Shown here piece after piece: positions 43,872-49,244 of a stretch of 49,244 nucleotides of DNA (position 1 is the first letter of the stretch; every line of letters begins with the position of its first letter). This stretch comes from a virus. Taxonomy: Duplodnaviria > Caudoviricetes. The stretch covers positions 1 to 49,244 of the IMG/VR virus record IMGVR_UViG_3300006169_000024. One strand, 5' to 3'. The notes beneath the pieces were generated by a model, which saw only the letters and a list, made by a program, of their open reading frames with translations, was not told the origin of the DNA and did not search any database. The position numbers were made by a program, and so were the translations under genes.

Positions 43872-45376
43872 CGGCCCCCTCGATGGGGGAAATCGCAGAG
43901 GAAGTTCGTGCCTTCGGCAGTGAGGAGCGCGAACTTCTACGAGCTACTGCCCAGAAGGACCTCTACGTCTTTTCGAAGGGAATCCTGGGCTATCCTGACG
44001 TGATTCCTGAGGTTCACGGGCCGCTCTGCAAGAGGCTCGTGGAGTCGCCCAAGAGGCGCCGTCTGTGGTTGCTGCCCCGAGGGCACCTGAAGTCCACTGT
44101 AGCCACGGTTGCGGACAGCCTTCGGCTGGGAATCGACAATCCAGACGATGCGCGAATCCTCATCGTCGGCGAAACCGCGACGCTAGGCGAAAAGTTCCTC
44201 AGTGAGATCAAAAATCACTGCATGAACAACGAAGTCCTGCGAAGTTTGTGGCCGGAACTCATCCCGGAGCGCTTCACAGGGCCTGGCGTGCAGTGGTCGT
44301 CAACGATGGCAAGTCTTCGGCGCAGCAGCGCCCACAAGGAGCCTACGTGGCAGGCCATCGGTGTGGGTGGAGCCTCCGTAGGTTCGCACTTTACGCGCAT
44401 TAAGGCTGACGACCTTATCGGTTTCGAAGCGGCGCGTAGCGCCGCCGACATGGCCTACGTGATTGCGTGGGTGTCGAACATCGAGCCCCTGCTAGTAAAC
44501 CAGCATAGGGACATCATCGACTTCATCGGCACCCGCTGGCTTCGCAACGACGTCTACAGTTTCGTCATGGAGGCCTACGGCGAGGCTCTAGAGGTCTACA
44601 CTCGCCAGGCCATCGAAGATGGCAAGATCATCTTCCCCAATCTGCACACCTGGGAAGAGTATTCACGGATTCAGCGCATCAACCCGCTGCAGTGGGCAGC
44701 CCAATACAACAACGCTCCCATTGCTGCTGGTCACGGCGACTTCCCCGTAGGGAATATCCTCAACTTCATGCTCACGCACGACAACGATGAGGTTGTCGCC
44801 AGCGACCGTCGCTACGAAGTAGCGCAGCTAGACCGGGTGCTTGCAGCCGACCCTAACTCTGGGAGCCTCGTGGCTCCTGACGCCGCGGCGATCAGCGTGC
44901 AGGGCTACGGTCCGCGGAACGAGGTTTTCGTTCTAGACTCCTGGTCGGGCCGGGTTTCACCCTCGGACTTCGTGGACAAGATCTACGCGCTTGCACGGAA
45001 GTGGCGTGTGCGTGTTGTAGGAATCGAAAAGGCTGGCCAGCAGAACACGGAGCACTACTTCCGGCTGAAGGCCGAAGCCGAACAGTACAGCGTCCGTGTA
45101 CAGGAGCTGAAGCCCCGGGGACGCGCAAAGGAGGACCGGGTTCGCGCCGCAGTGGAGCCCCTCATCCGCTCGCAGCTCCTCTACCTCCTTCCGTCGCAGA
45201 CGATCCTGCGCCAACAGCTGGGCGAGTTTCCTGACACACTCCTTTGGGACGAGGTGGATGCACTGGCCTATGGCCCCGAGCTTGGGCGTAAGCCTCCCGA
45301 TACGGAAAAAATCGAGCGGCGGCAGGGAGCGCTGAAGCGCCTCCTCACGCTACGCTCCCACCTTACGGGCTACTGA
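43868..45376 (+). CDS. terL: Terminase large subunit
   Basis: LLPRGHLKST (Walker A), GSHF..IKADDL (Walker B), GTRW, AQY.N.P, AADPN, GIEK, DEVDALAY. Confidence 0.9.
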   Translation: MTAPSMGEIAEEVRAFGSEERELLRATAQKDLYVFSKGILGYPDVIPEVHGPLCKRLVESPKRRRLWLLPRGHLKSTVATVADSLRLGIDNPDDARILIVGETATLGEKFLSEIKNHCMNNEVLRSLWPELIPERFTGPGVQWSSTMASLRRSSAHKEPTWQAIGVGGASVGSHFTRIKADDLIGFEAARSAADMAYVIAWVSNIEPLLVNQHRDIIDFIGTRWLRNDVYSFVMEAYGEALEVYTRQAIEDGKIIFPNLHTWEEYSRIQRINPLQWAAQYNNAPIAAGHGDFPVGNILNFMLTHDNDEVVASDRRYEVAQLDRVLAADPNSGSLVAPDAAAISVQGYGPRNEVFVLDSWSGRVSPSDFVDKIYALARKWRVRVVGIEKAGQQNTEHYFRLKAEAEQYSVRVQELKPRGRAKEDRVRAAVEPLIRSQLLYLLPSQTILRQQLGEFPDTLLWDEVDALAYGPELGRKPPDTEKIERRQGALKRLLTLRSHLTGY

Positions 45377-45377
45377 T

Positions 45378-45677
45378 ATGACATTTGCGCAGACGGTGGC
45401 AATCACCCCCGATACGTATATATCAGTAGTACTGCTTATCGCTGTGGTCGGCGCCGCGGTGAAGATCACCCTGCTGCTGGCAGAGATAAAGTTTGAACTC
45501 AAGGGCGTTCGCAGGATGGGCAAGCAGGTGGCCCACATGGAGTCTCACCTGCTGCTCTTCGAGGAGGACGTGAACAACCTCTTCGGTGCTCTGCGCAGCA
45601 TGGACACACCAGAGAAGCTGCCCGAGTTGACGAGGAGGGCTCGCTTCCGGCCCTTTCCCGTGGAGGATAACGAATGA
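45378..45677 (+). CDS. Single-TM membrane protein
   Basis: Hydrophobic N-terminus plus coiled coil. Confidence 0.55.
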   Translation: MTFAQTVAITPDTYISVVLLIAVVGAAVKITLLLAEIKFELKGVRRMGKQVAHMESHLLLFEEDVNNLFGALRSMDTPEKLPELTRRARFRPFPVEDNE

Positions 45678-45949
45678 CCCAGATGATCCGTACGGCCTGG
45701 AAGCTGCGGGGCGCGCTCTCTGCGGCGTGGATCCTGAGTTGTGCGTTTGTGTGGGCCTTGCGGCGCGCCTGGTTGAGTACTATCGGACTGGGAGCTGGCT
45801 TCGAGCATTTGCCGCCTCTAGAGCGTTTCAATATCTATTCCGATCTCGAGGCCATGACTCGGGTTCTCCAGGGCGTTATCTTCTTCCTCCTGGTGAGCCT
45901 CCACAGTCTTAGAAACGTCTTCCGTCACTTCGACTCAGGAGACTGCTGA
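45674..45949 (+). CDS. Two-TM membrane protein
   Basis: GGAGG RBS, ATGA coupling, two hydrophobic segments. Confidence 0.5.
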   Translation: MTQMIRTAWKLRGALSAAWILSCAFVWALRRAWLSTIGLGAGFEHLPPLERFNIYSDLEAMTRVLQGVIFFLLVSLHSLRNVFRHFDSGDC

Positions 45950-46212
45950 TGCGCTACGAACCTGCGCTACGTCACGGGATCATCGTGGGCCTTCTGGCCC
46001 TGGTGCTGCACTGGCTGGGGCTGGAATTCTCGGAGGCTCACCGCGGCGCCGTGGACAACCTGGTGGAGGCGCTGGTCGTGCTGCTGCCACTCGGCCAGGC
46101 GCTTGCGCAGGCCCTCCTCACGCGCCGTCGTGTGGTGCCTGTGGCAAAGATCGAGGATGGCGACTACATTGTCCCGCTGGTTCACCCGGGGCGGCACTAC
46201 GAAGGCCACTAA
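45949..46212 (+). CDS. Holin-like two-TM protein
   Basis: EPAL..GIIVGLLALV...GL.....AL...RRRVVPV resembles small holins. Confidence 0.5.
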   Translation: MRYEPALRHGIIVGLLALVLHWLGLEFSEAHRGAVDNLVEALVVLLPLGQALAQALLTRRRVVPVAKIEDGDYIVPLVHPGRHYEGH

Positions 46213-46214
46213 GT

Positions 46215-46235
46215 CTATTTGCAAATTGCAAAAAG
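46215..46235. promoter_or_regulatory. 21-bp palindromic motif, copy 11
   Basis: ctatttgcaaattgcaaaaag, 7 nt before the portal ATG. Confidence 0.85.
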
Positions 46236-46242
46236 GGCGACG

Positions 46243-48108
46243 ATGATTCCTCCTGAGCAGATTAACCCGGCGGCACTGAGATATCTCCTGGACTACCTTC
46301 GGGAGGATATTTTCCGTGCACTGGGAGAGCGGCGGCCCCTGGAGGAGAAATGGCTCAAGTACCAGAAGCTCTATAAGGCCCAGCCGGAGTCTCCGGTGAG
46401 GATGTTCCCCTTCCAGGGGGCGGCGAACGTAGTCCTGCCGGTGGCAGCGACGGACGTGGACACGATCTACAGTCGTCTGGCGGGGATTCTCTTTGGGCCG
46501 GAGAACTTGTGGAGCTGTACGGCGCTGAGGGAGGATATGATTGACTACGCGCCGCGGCTGCAGGAGTTTCTCAAGTGGGCACAGCGGGCGGAGTTGAAGG
46601 CCTACGAGGCGGTGGCCGACTGGCTGCTGGAGCTTTGTAAGCTCGGCACGGGGGTGCTGAAGGAAAGGTATCGTCGAGAGTCGAAGCTCGTTTATGAGTT
46701 TCGGGAAACGCCGCAGGGAACCCTGGCGCGACACCAGAGGCTCAATGTGCTCGACAATCCGAGGATTGACCATGTGAGCCTTTTTAACTTTCTGGTGCCG
46801 GCGGGCACAACTGATCACCAGGAAGCTTCGTGGAACGCCGAAAGGCTGATGCTCAGTAACGAGCAGGTGGCGGCTCGGGTGCGCGCCGGGATCTACTTGC
46901 CCGACGCCGCGCAGAGGCTGCTGGTTTCTAGGGGCCACGACAGGCCCAGTTGGCTGGAGGACGAGGCGCAGCGCGCCCAGGGTTTCCAGGCCGGTATCAC
47001 TCGGAAGCACGAGGTGTGGGAAGTCTGGACGGACTTTGATCTCGGCCAGGGGCCGCAGGCCCTGGTGTGTACGATCCATCTGCCGTCAATGACCTACCTT
47101 CGGTACGACTACAACCCTTTCTTCCACCAGGAGAAACCCTACGACGTGGGGCGCTACCTGCGCCAGGAGAAGCAGTTCTACGGGATGGGCCTCTGCGAGA
47201 TGCAGGAGATGTTCCAGGAGGAGGCCACCACGATGCACCGGCAGCGGTTGGACAACAACACGCTGAACAACGCGCCGATGATGTGGGCCAGGAGCGGCAG
47301 CGGCATCCGGGAGGACGAACCTGTTGTACCTGGGCGATGGTTCATCACACAGGAACCGGAGGACATCAAGGCGATTGCCTTCGGCCGGCTTGCCAACAGC
47401 ACTGTGCAGGACGAACAGATGCTCATGCAGTACTCGGCACGCCGCACGGGAGTCAACGACTATGTGATGGGCAACCAGGCTGCGAGCATCGGCTACGCCA
47501 CGGCGCAGACGAACATCATGCAGCACCAGGAGGCTGCGAAGCGCTTCGACCAGACGCTACGCGAGGCGCGAGTGGCCCTCAGCGGCGCCGGACGCAGGAG
47601 CGTGGAGCTTTACCAGCAGTTCAACACCTCCGGCAAGGAATTCTACGTTCTCGGTCAGCGCGACGGTGAGATGGTGAGGCAGATCCTCCAGTTCCCCCTG
47701 GAGCTTATCCGCCACAGCGTGGCTATCGACGTGACGGCTACGAGCGCCGCGCTGAACAAGGATGTGCAGGTCCGGACGAACACCATCCTGATGCAGCTGG
47801 TAACGCAGTTCTACCAGCAGATGTACCAGATGATGACCCTGGTAGTCAATCCGCAGATGCCGCCGCTGTTGCGTATGTTGGCGGAGCGGATGATTGTAGG
47901 CTCCAACACGATGATGCGCAGGGTGCTGGACTCCTACGACATGCAGGACGTGGACAGGATTATTCCGGATATCCAGGAGATCCTGGCACAGCAGCAGATG
48001 ATGATGGGCGGGATGGGCTTCCCCGCGGCGCAGCCGCTTCCAGGGATGGCGCTTCCGCAACAGATGGCCGGCGCTCCAGCGCCGATGTTGCCGCCTATGG
48101 CGGCGTAA
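46243..48108 (+). CDS. Portal protein (621 aa)
   Basis: PFQGAAN, KLGTGVLK, EVWEVW, FYGMGL.E...Q, RLDN..L.N.P, TGV, TA pattern; located between TerL and scaffold. Confidence 0.85.
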   Translation: MIPPEQINPAALRYLLDYLREDIFRALGERRPLEEKWLKYQKLYKAQPESPVRMFPFQGAANVVLPVAATDVDTIYSRLAGILFGPENLWSCTALREDMIDYAPRLQEFLKWAQRAELKAYEAVADWLLELCKLGTGVLKERYRRESKLVYEFRETPQGTLARHQRLNVLDNPRIDHVSLFNFLVPAGTTDHQEASWNAERLMLSNEQVAARVRAGIYLPDAAQRLLVSRGHDRPSWLEDEAQRAQGFQAGITRKHEVWEVWTDFDLGQGPQALVCTIHLPSMTYLRYDYNPFFHQEKPYDVGRYLRQEKQFYGMGLCEMQEMFQEEATTMHRQRLDNNTLNNAPMMWARSGSGIREDEPVVPGRWFITQEPEDIKAIAFGRLANSTVQDEQMLMQYSARRTGVNDYVMGNQAASIGYATAQTNIMQHQEAAKRFDQTLREARVALSGAGRRSVELYQQFNTSGKEFYVLGQRDGEMVRQILQFPLELIRHSVAIDVTATSAALNKDVQVRTNTILMQLVTQFYQQMYQMMTLVVNPQMPPLLRMLAERMIVGSNTMMRRVLDSYDMQDVDRIIPDIQEILAQQQMMMGGMGFPAAQPLPGMALPQQMAGAPAPMLPPMAA

Positions 48109-48133
48109 GAGGGCAAACCGCGAGGAAAAGGCT

Positions 48134-49244
48134 ATGGCGACTCCACAGCAGTACATTCCCCAGGGGCCTCCGGCCCCGGCTCCGGCGCAGCCGGTGTACT
48201 ATCACCCGACGACGACGCTGCCGCAGCAGTACCCCAACGCGGGCTACAGCGTCGATCACCTGCCTCCGCCGCCGCAGCGACAGGGCCAGCCCTACGCCGG
48301 AGGCGTGCCGGGGGCGGGGATGCAGCCACCCCTGTATCCGCAGCAGCCTGCTGCGCAGCAGCTGAGCGTTCAGCAGTGGGGTCAGCAGCAGCAGGCTGCG
48401 CAGCAGCCCCAGCTGCCGCCGCAGCAGTTCCCCCAGGCGCCCCAGCCTTACGGCTACCCGCAGGCGCCGCAGCCTGGAATGTACCAACAGCCTCCGCAGC
48501 AGCCTGCTGCGCAGCAGCCGCCACAGGGACGCGTGGTGCAGCTCGAGGACCACATGCGCCTCGACGGCGCGAATGTTCCTCCGGAGCTTCGGGGGCGTAC
48601 CTGGGGCGAGGCCAAGCGGCTCTACGGTGCGCTGGCAACGAACTGGCTGCAGGGCCAGGGGGGACCTCCGCCGCAGACGCCTGCGGCACAGACTATGCAG
48701 AGCATGACGCCTCAGGCGCCGCCGCAGCGGCCGCAGGCGCCCCAGGCGCAGCCCGGAAACTTCTGGCAGAACCCGGAGCAGCGCGTGGGGGAGATCGTCC
48801 GCGAAACCATCCAGCAGACGGTGATGCCTGCGCTGCAGCCGGTGGTCCAGCAGACTCAGGCGCAGGCGGTGATGCAGGCACGGAATATCGCCCGCACGGG
48901 GATGCAGGACTACGATGCGCTGGAGATCGAGATGCTCCCCCGGATGCAGGGGCTGCCGCCTGAGGCGCTGGCCAATCCGCAGACGTGGATCACGGCGGCG
49001 CGGATGGTCAGGGGGGAGCTGATGGAGCAGGGGCGCTACCAGGCACCGGCCAGGACACCGACGCCGCCTCCGGGACCTGGGGCCGCGGTTCCGAGCTACC
49101 AGTTCTTCTCTGAGGCTCCGACGGCCGGTGGTGCCTACACCGCGGTGGCGCCGCAGCAGCCCACCCCGGACGAGATCCTCTACGCTCAGAAGTGGGGGAT
49201 GCCGGTGCAGGACTTCATGGCCTGGAAGCGTGGTGTGCAGCAGA
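48134..49244 (+). CDS. Scaffolding protein, Pro/Gln-rich (about 379 aa, ends at 116 across the junction)
   Basis: GAGG RBS; VPPELRGRTWGEAKRLY and C-terminal TPDE...AQKWGM...F motifs; between portal and capsid genes. Confidence 0.75.
   Translation, partial: MATPQQYIPQGPPAPAPAQPVYYHPTTTLPQQYPNAGYSVDHLPPPPQRQGQPYAGGVPGAGMQPPLYPQQPAAQQLSVQQWGQQQQAAQQPQLPPQQFPQAPQPYGYPQAPQPGMYQQPPQQPAAQQPPQGRVVQLEDHMRLDGANVPPELRGRTWGEAKRLYGALATNWLQGQGGPPPQTPAAQTMQSMTPQAPPQRPQAPQAQPGNFWQNPEQRVGEIVRETIQQTVMPALQPVVQQTQAQAVMQARNIARTGMQDYDALEIEMLPRMQGLPPEALANPQTWITAARMVRGELMEQGRYQAPARTPTPPPGPGAAVPSYQFFSEAPTAGGAYTAVAPQQPTPDEILYAQKWGMPVQDFMAWKRGVQQ
49158..49244. repeat. Terminal direct repeat (87 bp), identical to 1-87
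   Basis: Sequence identity with 1-87. Confidence 0.95.

Noticed and set aside
1946-46235. 21-bp repeats as a CRISPR array or att sites
   Set aside because: Copies are kilobases apart with no spacer-sized intervals, and there is no cas operon or integrase. The Cas4-like gene is a stand-alone phage nuclease.

Overview
The window looks like a complete, circularly assembled, GC-rich tailed dsDNA phage genome. Bases 1-87 are identical to 49158-49244, giving a unit length of about 49,157 bp, and the scaffold gene reads through that junction. There are two gene arms. The + strand morphogenesis arm (42508 through the junction to 19891) carries terminase, membrane/holin-like genes, portal, scaffold, capsid, podovirus-type tail, tailspike, a GNAT and three ejection proteins, the largest with two tandem ADP-ribosyltransferase-like domains. 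The - strand early/replication arm (41720 to 19899) carries many small Zn-finger proteins, an SF1 helicase, a Cas4-like nuclease, GroES, a Sak4-like ATPase, an SSB, an HNH, a ParB-HTH-methyltransferase fusion, DUF4406, a UDG-PolA fusion with an unusual motif B and a DUF3987-like NTPase. I recognise no integrase, RNA polymerase, primase or endolysin. The most striking unexplained signals are: (1) an AT-rich 21-bp quasi-palindrome (CTnTTTRCAAWTTGYAAAAAG) in 11 copies around the genome with a strand-fixed asymmetry, with the ParB-HTH-MTase as a candidate reader; (2) two early genes that resemble fragments of major capsid proteins; (3) an unannotated 59-aa, 56% acidic DNA-mimic-like ORF; (4) His762/Tyr754 in PolA. 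All family assignments come from motifs read by eye and were not checked against databases.
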